In this document: in pieces, positions 45,531-55,010 of the stretch | Position numbering within the stretch: the first letter of the stretch is position 1 | How the letters are laid out: every line of letters begins with the position of its first letter | From: an uncultured Actinomycetes bacterium | GTDB taxonomy: Bacteria; Actinomycetota; Thermoleophilia; Gaiellales; Gaiellaceae | Reading direction: 5' to 3' | Assembly (NCBI GenBank): GCA_963821365.1 | Contig: CAWGDT010000026.1 | Coordinates: 19,295-83,294, forward strand | Length of the DNA stretch: 64,000 bases | The notes under the pieces: model-generated | Told to the model about the DNA's origin: nothing | The model's input: only the letters and a program-made list of their open reading frames with translations | The model's database searches: none | Translations under genes and position numbers: made by a program

Positions 45531-46121
45531 ATGGAGACCTCGCGCCTGGAGTTCTTCGCCGACGCCGTCTTTGCGATCGCGGCGACGCTTCTGATCATCG
45601 ACGTCTCGGTCGACGCACCGGGCGGCGAGCTCGGCGCGGCGCTCAAACACTCATGGCCCCAATACGCGGCGTACTTCGTCTCGTTCCTCCTGATCGCCGT
45701 CTGGTGGGTGAATCACCACGCCTTCATGGCGGTGATCGAGCGCGCGGACCGCACCTTCCTCTTCGCGAACATCGCGCTCCTCGCGTGCGTCGCTTTCCTC
45801 CCGTTCCCCACGCGACTTGTGGCCGAGCACTTCCGTGACGACGGTCTGCAGGCCGCTGCGCTCACCTATGGCCTGACGGTGACCGCCGCAGCGATTTGCG
45901 CCGTGTCCTTATGGTTCTACGCCGCGAGAAGACGTCGCCTGATCGCCGAGGAAGCCGACCAGCGCACTGTTGACGCGCTGTCGCGCGCTCTCTTGCCGGC
46001 TGTGCCGATCAATGCCGCGGCGACCCTCGTCGCCATCTGGAGCCCGTACACGTCGCTCGCGCTCTTCGCCGCAATCTCGTTCTTCTACGTGCTCGGCAGC
46101 TCGCTGTTCGGACGCGGCTAG
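45531..46121 (+). CDS. TMEM175-family channel protein
   Basis: SRLEFFADAVFAIAATLL, YFVSFLLIAVWWVNHH, AFLPFPT. Confidence 0.88.
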   Translation: METSRLEFFADAVFAIAATLLIIDVSVDAPGGELGAALKHSWPQYAAYFVSFLLIAVWWVNHHAFMAVIERADRTFLFANIALLACVAFLPFPTRLVAEHFRDDGLQAAALTYGLTVTAAAICAVSLWFYAARRRRLIAEEADQRTVDALSRALLPAVPINAAATLVAIWSPYTSLALFAAISFFYVLGSSLFGRG

Positions 46122-46150
46122 ATGTAGCTCGACGCGCACAGCCTCGGTCC

Positions 46151-46606
46151 TCACCAGGGAGCGATCGTGATTCCACCCCACTCCTCGGGCGCGCAGTCCC
46201 GCAGGGTCTGGGTGAGTTCCCACCGGTGACCGGCAGGGTCCTCGAGGACGCCCGAACGCTCACCGTACTCGTACGTCGTCAACTCCTCGACCACACGCGC
46301 ACCACAGTCACGGGCGCGAGTGAAGGCCGCATCGACGTCGGGCACGCGCACCTTGATCAGGTGTGTCGCGACGCTCCCGCTTGGCGCGACTCGATCACGG
46401 CCGACCTCCGCGACCACGACGGCGCCGTCTGTTCCGACACGCAGCTGCGCGCGGTGCGACTGACCGATCCGTACCCGCTCCTCGAGCCCGAACGCGGCCT
46501 CCAGCCACGCCACGGCCGCTCGCACGTCCGGATAGACGAGCACGGGAGTCACCGTGGTGGGCGGCGCAGAACGATTGCTCAACACGGCCGAGACACTAAC
46601 GGCCAC
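46151..46606 (-). CDS. VOC/glyoxalase-bleomycin resistance family protein
   Basis: VTPVLVYPDVRAAVAWLEAAFG...VPDVDAAF...YGERSGVLEDPAGHRWEL. Confidence 0.88.
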   Translation of the reverse strand: MAVSVSAVLSNRSAPPTTVTPVLVYPDVRAAVAWLEAAFGLEERVRIGQSHRAQLRVGTDGAVVVAEVGRDRVAPSGSVATHLIKVRVPDVDAAFTRARDCGARVVEELTTYEYGERSGVLEDPAGHRWELTQTLRDCAPEEWGGITIAPW

Positions 46607-46747
46607 CTCGCTCAGGCGTCATCCCCCGGAGACTGGCGCATGCCACGATGCGCTGGGTTCGGGACGCGGTTTCGAGGTCGACGCCGGGCGCGAGAGCCGC
46701 TTCGGGTGGCGTTCCAGCCGCGTCCCCCGAGGCTAGGCTCGACCGCG

Positions 46748-47005
46748 ATGGACTCCAGGCGGCGGACGCTACCTGCGCTCGGTTGGGCGGCGCTCGCGAC
46801 TGGCGCGGTCGGGTACGTCTTGACGTTCTACGTGCGGTCCGAGCTGTGGCCGTGGGTCGGGATGGTGCTCATGCTGCTCGCTCCGTTGCTGGCGGTCGGG
46901 GCCATCGCCCGTTCTCGCCGGCCGCTGACGGCCGTCGTCGCCGTACTGGCGGCAGTCCCGCTCGCAATCCTCGTCTGGGCTGTGTGGCACTGGCTCTCGA
47001 CGTAG
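46748..47005 (+). CDS. Small three-TM membrane protein
   Basis: MDSRRRTLPALGWAAL... with three hydrophobic segments. TAGGCT -10-like box upstream. Confidence 0.6.
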   Translation: MDSRRRTLPALGWAALATGAVGYVLTFYVRSELWPWVGMVLMLLAPLLAVGAIARSRRPLTAVVAVLAAVPLAILVWAVWHWLST

Positions 47006-47212
47006 CGAGCCGATCGTACGCGCGAAGGGGGCCGAAGAGGTGCGGTACCTTCTTCGCGGTGCAGTCCGAAAGGCCTGACCGTCGGCGCGTCTGACCCTGA
47101 CGTACGCTGGAGCCCTCATGGCTGACCTCCGTTCTGATGGACGAGTCGTCGGGCAGGCGCGGAAGCGCGCGCAGAGGGCGGAGCGCCGCGCCCGCGCTGC
47201 AGCCGGCCCGTA

Positions 47213-48322
47213 GTGCCGGTCGAGCTGACGACGCTCACGGACGGCGGCCAGCCGGCGTCGCGGGTGGCGGCGCAGATCGCGGCGTTCCTGAGCGACGCAC
47301 GCGAGAGCCTCGACCTCGCGCTCTACGACGTCCGGCTCGAGACGGAGGCCGGCGCGCTCGTCCTCGCGTCGCTCCTCGCGGCGTACCAGCGCGGCGTCCG
47401 TGTCCGCCTGCTGTTCGACGTCGACCACCCGGGCCCGATCCCGGTGCCGCCGCCGCCGGAGACGCGACCCGAGGCGATCGAGGCGCTGCCGGTCGAGACA
47501 CGCGGGGTTGCGGGCGTCCCGGACCTGATGCACCACAAGTTCTGCGTCCGCGACGGGCGCGACGTCTGGACCGGCTCGATGAACTGGACGGAGGACTCGT
47601 GGACCCGTCAGGAGAACGTCGTCGTCCGGGTGCTCGGCTCGGAGCGGCTCGCCTTCGCGTTCACGCTGGCGTTCGAGCAGCTCTGGGAGCGCGGCGCCGT
47701 CCAGGGCACCGGCACCGTCGAGCCGCGGCCGGTCGAGCTCGAGGGCGGGATCACGGTGCGGCCCTGGTTCACGCCGGGGAACGGGGAGGCGCTCTCCCAT
47801 CGCGTGGCGAAGCACGTCGGGCGCGCGCGACGGCGCGTCCGCATCGCGTCACCCGTGCTGACGGCGGGGCCGATCCTGGGCACGCTCGTCGAGGTCGTCA
47901 ACGAGGGGCGCTGCCGCGTCGTCGGCGTCGTCGACAACACGCAGGTCGAGGACGTCCTGCGCCAGTGGGGACGCAACCGCGTGAGCGCCTGGAAGATCCC
48001 GCTGCTCCACACGATCGTCTCGAAGGCCGGGTTCTCCGGCAAGCCGTCCACGCCCTGGTCGCGCGACGGAGTGCAGGACTTCATGCACGCCAAGGTGGTC
48101 GTGTGCGACGACGTCTCGTTCGTCGGCTCGTTCAACTTCTCCCGCTCGGGCGAGCGGAACGCGGAGAACGTCGTCGAGATCCGGGACCCGGCGACCGCCG
48201 ACACCCTGGCCCGCTACGTCGAGGACGTCGCCGCCCGCTACCCACACGCGACCCTGCCCGACCTCCCGCCCGCCACCGCCGGGGAGGAGGAACTGCGCGT
48301 CGCGCCGAATCTTCGACCATGA
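47213..48322 (+). CDS. Phospholipase D superfamily protein with two HKD motifs
   Basis: MHHKFCVRD...TGSMNWT and MHAKVVVCD...VGSFNFS. Confidence 0.9.
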   Translation: MPVELTTLTDGGQPASRVAAQIAAFLSDARESLDLALYDVRLETEAGALVLASLLAAYQRGVRVRLLFDVDHPGPIPVPPPPETRPEAIEALPVETRGVAGVPDLMHHKFCVRDGRDVWTGSMNWTEDSWTRQENVVVRVLGSERLAFAFTLAFEQLWERGAVQGTGTVEPRPVELEGGITVRPWFTPGNGEALSHRVAKHVGRARRRVRIASPVLTAGPILGTLVEVVNEGRCRVVGVVDNTQVEDVLRQWGRNRVSAWKIPLLHTIVSKAGFSGKPSTPWSRDGVQDFMHAKVVVCDDVSFVGSFNFSRSGERNAENVVEIRDPATADTLARYVEDVAARYPHATLPDLPPATAGEEELRVAPNLRP

Positions 48323-48714
48323 GCATGCAGGCATCCACCACCGGCCCTCTCGGGCAACCGCGCGGCATCGCCTTCGCGATCGTGATGGCGATCATCACCA
48401 TCGGCATCTACTCGCTCTACTGGGTGTTCAAGACCCAGGACGAGGTGAAGGAGCACTCCGGCATCGGCGTCGGCGGCGTCATCGGGCTCGTGATCTACAT
48501 CGTCGTCTCGCCCGTGACCTGGTTCCTGATCCCGTCCGAGGTCGGGAAGATGTTCAAGGCCGATGGCCGCGAGGCGCCGTTCACCGGCTGGACGGGGCTG
48601 TGGCTGCTCCTCCCGCTGATCGGGGCCTTCGTCTGGTTCATCAAGGTTCAGGGCGCGCTCAACCGCTACTGGGAGAGCAAGGCCGGCTCGTCCCTGACGC
48701 CGGCCGTCGTCTAG
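48319..48714 (+). CDS. DUF4234-family membrane protein
   Basis: IITIGIYSLYWVFKTQDEVK...WFIKVQGALNRYW. Confidence 0.85.
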   Translation: MSMQASTTGPLGQPRGIAFAIVMAIITIGIYSLYWVFKTQDEVKEHSGIGVGGVIGLVIYIVVSPVTWFLIPSEVGKMFKADGREAPFTGWTGLWLLLPLIGAFVWFIKVQGALNRYWESKAGSSLTPAVV

Positions 48715-48717
48715 CAC

Positions 48718-48793
48718 GGTGTCGGACTTCGGTCCGACACCCGACGCCCACTGACCGCTCTCGCCGAGGGTGTCCGACTCGAAGTCGGACACC
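48718..48793. repeat. Second pair of REP-like palindromes
   Basis: GGTGTCGGAC-TTCG-GTCCGACACC (48718-48741) and GGTGTCCGAC-TCGAA-GTCGGACACC (48769-48793), lying between convergent genes. Confidence 0.8.
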
Positions 48794-48821
48794 CTCGGGC
48801 CTCAGCCCGCGACCCCGCCGA

Positions 48822-50003
48822 TCAGGCGACGCCGGCGAGGAGGAAGGCCCGCGACTCCCGGAGCATCTCGCGGGCGATCACGAGGCGCTGCACCTCCTGC
48901 GTGCCCTCGTAGATCTGGGTGATCTTCGCGTCGCGCATGAACCGCTCGACGGGGTACTCCTTGACGTAGCCGTAGCCGCCGAGGATCTGCACCGCCTCGG
49001 TCGCGACCTCCATCGCGACGTCGCCGCACATGAGCTTCGCCATCGCCGACGCCTTCGTGAGCTCGGCCTCGGGAACGCCCGCGTCGGCCATCTGCCCGAA
49101 GCGGTAGAGGAGCCCGCGCGCCGCCTCGGTTCTCGTCTCCATGTCGGCGAGCTTCGCCGCGATCAGCTGGTGCTCTGCGATCGGCTTCCCCATCGTCTCG
49201 CGCGTCCGCGCGTACTCGAGCGCGTAGTCGGTCGCGCCCTGGGCGATGCCGAGCGCCTGCGCGGCCACACCGGGCCGCGAGCGGTCGAGGATCCGCATCG
49301 CGAGCTTGAAGCCGGTGCCCTCCCCGCCGAGCCGGTTCGCCTCGGGGACGCGGCAGGCATCGAACACGAGCTCGCCCGTCGTCGAGCCGGCGATCCCCAT
49401 CTTCTCCTCCAGCCGCGCGACCTCGAATCCCGGCGTGTCGGGCTCGACGAGGAACGCCGAGATCCCCGCATGCCCGCCGTCGGGATCGGTCTTCGCAAAC
49501 ACGGTGTAGAGCCCCGCGACGCCGGCGTTGGTGATGAACCGCTTCGTCCCGTCGAGCACGTACTCGCCGTTGTCGCGCCGCGCGACGGTGCGCATCGCGG
49601 CGGAGTCCGAGCCGGAACCCGCCTCGGTGAGAGCGTACGCAGCGAGCACCTCGCCCGAGGCGAGGCGCGGGAGCCAGGCCGCCCGCTGCTCGTCCGAGCC
49701 GCCGAGCTTCAGCCCGAGCGAGCCGAGCTCCTGCACCGCGAGGATCAAACCGCTCGTGGCGCACACCTTCGAGACCTCCTCGATCGCGACGAGCGAGAGG
49801 AGCGTCCCCGTCCCGGTGCCTCCGACGTCCTCGCCGAAGAAGAGGCCGAAGATCCCCTGGTCGCGGAAGAGCTCGACGACGTCCCAGGGGAACTCGTGCG
49901 ACGCGTCGATCTCCGCCGCGCGCGGCGCGATCCGCTCACGCGCGAGCGTCCGCACGAGCTCGCGCAGCTCGCGCTGCTCCTCGCTCAGGACGTCCCAGGG
50001 CAC
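48822..50003 (-). CDS. Acyl-CoA dehydrogenase
   Basis: AYALTEAGSGSD, GTKRFITN, KMGIAGS, LDRSR, AVQILGGYGYVKEYPVERFMRDAKITQIYEGT. Confidence 0.95.
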   Translation of the reverse strand: MPWDVLSEEQRELRELVRTLARERIAPRAAEIDASHEFPWDVVELFRDQGIFGLFFGEDVGGTGTGTLLSLVAIEEVSKVCATSGLILAVQELGSLGLKLGGSDEQRAAWLPRLASGEVLAAYALTEAGSGSDSAAMRTVARRDNGEYVLDGTKRFITNAGVAGLYTVFAKTDPDGGHAGISAFLVEPDTPGFEVARLEEKMGIAGSTTGELVFDACRVPEANRLGGEGTGFKLAMRILDRSRPGVAAQALGIAQGATDYALEYARTRETMGKPIAEHQLIAAKLADMETRTEAARGLLYRFGQMADAGVPEAELTKASAMAKLMCGDVAMEVATEAVQILGGYGYVKEYPVERFMRDAKITQIYEGTQEVQRLVIAREMLRESRAFLLAGVA

Positions 50004-50121
50004 GGGCCAAAGTCTAGGGCTGCTGGGCGAAGTGGATGGGGGCGAGCGGCGGAGCTGGCACCTGCGGCGCCGCAAGGCGACGCCTTCAGGGATCTGCCCC
50101 GCCGCAGGCGGGGATCAAGCC

Positions 50122-50149
50122 GCACGAATCCGCTCCGGCGGATTCGTGC
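50122..50149 (-). terminator. Hairpin downstream of the DUF4242 gene
   Basis: 12-bp perfect stem GCACGAATCCGC/GCGGATTCGTGC with a 4-nt loop. A second 7-bp hairpin lies at 50097-50113. Confidence 0.55.
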
Positions 50150-50162
50150 TTGGCGAGCAGGT

Positions 50163-50426
50163 TCAACCGGCGATGACCTCGGCCGGCACGAACTTGCTCA
50201 CCTCGACGATCTTGTCGGCGGGCACGTTCGCGCGGCGCGCCGCCTCGAGGATCGCGTCCGGCGAGGGCGCCTCGTAGAGGCAGTAGGTACGAAGCTTGTC
50301 GGCCGCGATGAACGAGAACAGCCAGCTGACGCCCTCGTCCGCGTTGACCGCGTCGATCGAGCGGACGTCGTCGGCGGTGAGGTCGAGCTGGTCGGCGAAC
50401 TTCCGCTCGATGACGTACAGGGGCAT
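50163..50426 (-). CDS. DUF4242 (SCO4226-like) protein
   Basis: YVIER...GVSWLFSF...RTYCLYEAPSPDAILEAARR..PADKIVEV. Confidence 0.88.
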   Translation of the reverse strand: MPLYVIERKFADQLDLTADDVRSIDAVNADEGVSWLFSFIAADKLRTYCLYEAPSPDAILEAARRANVPADKIVEVSKFVPAEVIAG

Positions 50427-50449
50427 CGCCGAATCCTACGCCCTCGCGC

Positions 50450-53428
50450 TCACTCCGGGACGATCCCGTGCCGGAGGGCATAGCCCGCCGCCTCGGTGCG
50501 GTTGGCGCAGCGCGTCTTGCGGAGGATCGAGCGGATGTGGTTCGCGGCGGTGTGCTCGCTGATGTGGAGCACGCGACCGATCTCGCGATTCGAGCGGCCC
50601 CGCGTCAGCTCCACGAGGATCTCGACCTCACGCGGGCTGAGGCCGTGCGGCAGCGTCGCGGTCGGCTCGACGTCCGTCCCGAGCTCGGCCGCCCGCCGGG
50701 CGAGCCCCGGCAGCCCGATCGTCTTCGCGAGCCCGAGCGCGAGCCCGAGCTGGCCGCGCGCGTGCGACCGGTCGTCGCCGGCGTTCCGGGCGAGGAGCAT
50801 GCGCGCGTACCCGTACGCCGTGTGGGCGAGCCACGTCCGCGCGCCGAGCCGGGTGTTGAGGGCGAGGGCCGCGCGGAAGTGCTCCTCGGCGCGCTCCCAG
50901 TCGCCGAGCACCGCCGCTGTCATGCCGAGGTACCGGTCCATCGCGCCGTAGCACGCGACGAGGTGGCCGATCATGACGTTGCTGCCGGAGTACGCGGCAA
51001 GCTCCGGGTAGAGCACCGCCGCGGCCTCCACGTCACCGAGCACCGCGCACGCGTCGGCGAGGTAGACGAGCGAGGCGAGCCAGAGCGACGGCCGCAGGGC
51101 CCCGAGCCCCGTGTCGAGGATCCGATCCAGCTCGCGCCGCGCGTCGTCCTCCATGCCGAGCTCCGCGAGCAGGGCCACGAGCCCGGGGCCCCACGCGCTC
51201 TCGCGCGTCTCCGCGTCGAGCAGGCGGACGACGGGCGCCAGCTCGGCCAGACGCCCCTGCTCGCGCCGGAGACCGAACATCTGGATCGCGAAGGTGCCGG
51301 ACGCGTCCCTGCCGGTCAGGAGCCTCCCCCACTCCTGCGACCGCCTCGCCGCGACCTCCGCGGCGGGGAGGTCGCCGTCGCAGAGGGCGATCGCCGCCGC
51401 GTAGTGCTCGGCGACGTGGTGGTGGAACGGCTGGCTCAGCCGCTTCGCGATCGAGTGGAGCTGCGCGATCGCCTCGCGGGCCGCGTCGTGGTCGCAGAGC
51501 ACCACGTACGACGGCGCGAGCCAGGAAAGCGCCTCGCTCTCGATCTCGACGTCGTCGAGCTCGCGCCCGATCTCGCGCGCCTCGAGGAGCATCCGGTTGA
51601 CGTCCTCGTTCGTGGAGCTGCCCCGCGCCCAGTACGCCGTGGCGAGGGTCGCGCCGAGCGTGCGCGCATCGCCGCGGCGCCGGGACATCGCGATCGACTC
51701 GTCACGCGCAAGCGCCGCACGGCTCGACTCGCCGCGGAGCTCGAGGGCGCGGGCGAGGCCGCTGAGCACGCGTGCACGGAGCTCCGAGTCGTCCTGCTCG
51801 AGCGCCGCGGCCGCCTCGCCGAGACGGTCGACCGACTCGGCGTCGTGCATGGCCGGGCGCCACGCCGCCTGCTCGAACCCGATCGCCGCGCGGGCGAGCG
51901 CTTCGGGGTCACCCAGCGAGCGCGCGAGCTCGGCCGCACGCGAGAACGCGTCGAGTGCGGCATCAGCGTGGCCCGCCCGATGGCAGGCGTCCCCCAGGCG
52001 AAGCATGACGTCGGCCCGTTCCCCCGGGTCGCGGACGCCGAGCTCGAGGGCGACGCGGAAACGGTCCTCCGCCTCGCCGAACGCAAGCGCCCGGACGGCC
52101 GAGTCCGCCGCGAGCAGGTTGTAGTCGACCGCCCGCTCGACGCCGCCGATCGGTGCGGCCGCGGCGTAGTGGTGCGCGAGCGCGGCGAGCACCGCACGGC
52201 TGTCGCCCTGCGGGCGGCCGGCCTCGAGCGCCTCGGCGACGAGGAGGTGGATCTCGGCCTTGCGCGAGGCCGAGAGCCTGTCGGTGACGGCCCGCCGGAC
52301 GAGCTCGTGCGCGAAGCGGTAGGCGAGGCGACCGCCGGGCTCCTCGACGAGCAGCCCGTTGCCGACGGCCTCGTCCACGGCGTCGAGCAGGATCGGCTCA
52401 GGGACGACGTGCGTGCGCCGCACGGTGTCGAGCTCGAAGTCGGCCCCCGCGACGGCGGCGAGCGCGAGCACCTCGTTCGCCTCGCCGGAGAGGCGCACGA
52501 GGCGCTGGCTGACGACCTCCCGCACGGTGGTCGGCGCGCCGAGCTCGGCGGCAGGGCGCGCCAGACGCGCCCACCCAGGCCCGATCTCGATCGCCCCCGA
52601 GTCGAGCAGCTCTCGCCAGAGCTCGGTGACGAGAAAGGCGTTTCCGCCCGTGAGGCCCTCCATCGCCGAGCGGAGCTCGGGGGCAGGCTCGACCGCGGCC
52701 GCGAGGCGCACGAACTCCGCGATCTCGTCGTCGGACAGCCCGCCCAGGCGGATCCGCACGACGCCCTCCGTGCGGTACACGTCGACGAGCGTCTCGGCGA
52801 GCGCTTCCGGCACGTCCGCGTCGGCGTCGCGGAAGGTCGCGACGAGGAGCATGCGCGCGGCCGCGCCGGAGCGGACGAGGTGACGCAGGAGCTGCAGCGT
52901 GGAGGCGTCCGCCCAGTGGACGTCCTCGAGCACGACGAGGAGCGGCGCCTCGGAGCTGATCCCGACGAGCAGGTCGGTGACCGCCGTGTGCAGGCGGTGG
53001 CGCTCGGTGTCCGCGTCGGAGGCGGCCGGCGCGGGAAACCCGCCGACGCGGGCCTCGAGCTCGGGCAGGAGCCGGGTCAGCTCGCCGGCGGTCGCGCCGA
53101 GGTGGCGCCGGAGCGTCTCGGGGTCGGCGTGCCGGACGAGGTGCTCGAGCGCGGACGCGAAGGGTCGGTACGGCGAGCCGACGACGCCGTCGCAGTCGCC
53201 GTAGAGCACCGTCGCGCCCTCCTCGGCGACCCCACGGGCGAGCTCGCGCACGAGCCGGCTCTTGCCCGACCCCGGATCGCCGGCGACGAACGCGGCGCGG
53301 CGTCCCTCCCCGGCGGCGCGGGGCAGGAGGGCCCGCAGCGTCGCGAGCTCGTGCGTCCGCCCCGCGAAGGCGAACGCCGGCGAGAGCCGAAGCGGCCCCG
53401 GAAGCGGTGGTGTGGCCGCGATGCCCAT
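50450..53428 (-). CDS. Large LuxR-family regulator (AAA/STAND ATPase, TPR-like helices, HTH)
   Basis: FAGRTHEL, Walker A GDPGSGKS, Walker B VLEDVHWAD, TGGNAFLV, and C-terminal LSPREVEIL..GRSNREIGRVLHISEHTAANH. Confidence 0.92.
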   Translation of the reverse strand: MGIAATPPLPGPLRLSPAFAFAGRTHELATLRALLPRAAGEGRRAAFVAGDPGSGKSRLVRELARGVAEEGATVLYGDCDGVVGSPYRPFASALEHLVRHADPETLRRHLGATAGELTRLLPELEARVGGFPAPAASDADTERHRLHTAVTDLLVGISSEAPLLVVLEDVHWADASTLQLLRHLVRSGAAARMLLVATFRDADADVPEALAETLVDVYRTEGVVRIRLGGLSDDEIAEFVRLAAAVEPAPELRSAMEGLTGGNAFLVTELWRELLDSGAIEIGPGWARLARPAAELGAPTTVREVVSQRLVRLSGEANEVLALAAVAGADFELDTVRRTHVVPEPILLDAVDEAVGNGLLVEEPGGRLAYRFAHELVRRAVTDRLSASRKAEIHLLVAEALEAGRPQGDSRAVLAALAHHYAAAAPIGGVERAVDYNLLAADSAVRALAFGEAEDRFRVALELGVRDPGERADVMLRLGDACHRAGHADAALDAFSRAAELARSLGDPEALARAAIGFEQAAWRPAMHDAESVDRLGEAAAALEQDDSELRARVLSGLARALELRGESSRAALARDESIAMSRRRGDARTLGATLATAYWARGSSTNEDVNRMLLEAREIGRELDDVEIESEALSWLAPSYVVLCDHDAAREAIAQLHSIAKRLSQPFHHHVAEHYAAAIALCDGDLPAAEVAARRSQEWGRLLTGRDASGTFAIQMFGLRREQGRLAELAPVVRLLDAETRESAWGPGLVALLAELGMEDDARRELDRILDTGLGALRPSLWLASLVYLADACAVLGDVEAAAVLYPELAAYSGSNVMIGHLVACYGAMDRYLGMTAAVLGDWERAEEHFRAALALNTRLGARTWLAHTAYGYARMLLARNAGDDRSHARGQLGLALGLAKTIGLPGLARRAAELGTDVEPTATLPHGLSPREVEILVELTRGRSNREIGRVLHISEHTAANHIRSILRKTRCANRTEAAGYALRHGIVPE

Positions 53429-53431
53429 TCG

Positions 53432-53449
53432 ATGATCAGATCTGATCAT
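53432..53449. promoter_or_regulatory. Perfect 18-bp palindrome, candidate operator
   Basis: ATGATCAGATCTGATCAT between the divergent LuxR and FAD-oxidase genes. Confidence 0.6.
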
Positions 53450-53554
53450 TGCGCATCGGCGAGGTCCGGCGAAGTCAGTCAGGCCCGGTCATGACAGGAC
53501 GGACGCCCACTCGTACCCTCGTTGCGACCGTTCCAGAGGACGAGGAGGAGACGT

Positions 53555-54956
53555 ATGTCCACGACCATCTCCGCGCTCGACAGCGCGCGCGCCGAGCTCA
53601 CGTCGTTCGGCGACCGGCTCGTGGGGCCGGACGACGCCCGCTACGACGAGTCCCGCACGCTGTTCAACGCGATGATCGACAAGCGCCCCGCGCTGATCGC
53701 GTACTGCACGAGCGCGGACGACATCGCGGCCGCGATCCGCTTCGCGCGGGAGCACGACCTGACGCTCGCCGTCCGCGGAGGCGGGCACAACGGCGGGGGC
53801 CTCGCGAGCGTCGACGACGGGGTCGTGATCGACCTGTCGCCGCTCAAGGAGGTTTCGGTCGACCCGTCAGCGCAGACCGTGCGCGTCGGCGGCGGCTGCG
53901 TCTGGGGCGAGGTCGACGCCGCGACCGGGCCGCACAACCTGGCCGTGCCGACGGGGATCATCTCCTCGACCGGGGTCGGCGGGCTGACGCTCGGTGGCGG
54001 CCACGGCTACCTCGCGCGCCGTCACGGCCTGACCGTCGACAACCTGCTCTCCGCGAAGATGGTGCTCGCGAACGGGTCGCAGGTGACGGCGAGCGCGGAG
54101 GAGAACCCCGACCTCTTCTGGGCGATCCGCGGCGGCGGCGGCAACTTCGGCGTCGTCACGGAGTTCACGTTCCGGGCGCACCCGCTCGAGACGATCGTCG
54201 GAGGGCCGACCTTCTGGGCAATCGAGGATGCGGACGAGCTTCTCGCCGCGTACCGGGAGTGGCTGCCCTCGGCGCCGCGCAACGTGATGGGGTTCTTCAA
54301 CTTCCACACGATCCCGCCGGTGAAGGAGGCGTTCCCCGAGGAGCTCCACCTACGCAAGGTGTGCGGCGTCGTCTGGTGCATCGACGCCTCGGACGAGGAG
54401 GCGGAGAAGGCGATGGCGCCGCTGCTCTCGCTCGCCGAGCCGCTGCTCCACGGCGTGCAGCGGATGCCGATCGCGGCGCTCAACGCGCGCGTTCGACGGG
54501 CTGTACGGCCCCGGCGACCAGTGGTACTGGCGCGGCGCCTTCCTGCGCGAGATCCCCGACGAGGCGATCGCGCTGAACCGGGAGTGGAACGAGCGGATGC
54601 CCGGGTTCAAGGCCGGGACCCATTTCTACCCCGTCGACGGGGCCGTCAACGACGTGGCGCTCGAGGACACCGCGTTCGGCTACCGCGACGCGACCTGGTC
54701 TCAGGTCTTCATCGGCTGCGATCCCGACCCCGGGTCGGCCTCCGCGGTGCGCGACTGGACGATCGGCTACCACGAGGCCATCGTCCCGTACTCGGCGGGC
54801 GCGTCGTACGTCAACTTCATGATGGACGACGAGGGCCAGGCGCGCGTGAAGGCGACCTACGGGGCGAACTACCCGCGCCTCGCGCAGATCAAGGCGGCGT
54901 ACGACCCGGACAACGTGTTCAGGGTCAACCAGAACATCCTGCCGGCCAGCGCCTGA
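53555..54956 (+). CDS. FAD-binding oxidoreductase, VAO/BBE family (apparent frameshift near 54490)
   Basis: RGGGHN covalent-FAD motif, GVGGLTLGGG, DLFWAIRGGGGNFGVVT, and the C-terminal BBE segment YVNF...YDPDNVFRVNQNI. Confidence 0.92.
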
Positions 54957-54979
54957 CGACAGGACAGATCGGGGGGCAA

Positions 54980-55006
54980 GGGCTGGCCCCGGGGAGGGGC
55001 CAGCCC
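54980..55006. terminator. Hairpin between convergent genes
   Basis: 11-bp stem GGGCTGGCCCC/GGGGCCAGCCC with a 5-nt loop. Confidence 0.5.
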
Positions 55007-55010
55007 GTCC

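Noticed and set aside
46636-46726. Nested stems (9-bp outer stem, CTTCGG loop) between VOC and the small membrane gene
   Set aside because: The stems are short for DNA this GC-rich and could arise by chance.
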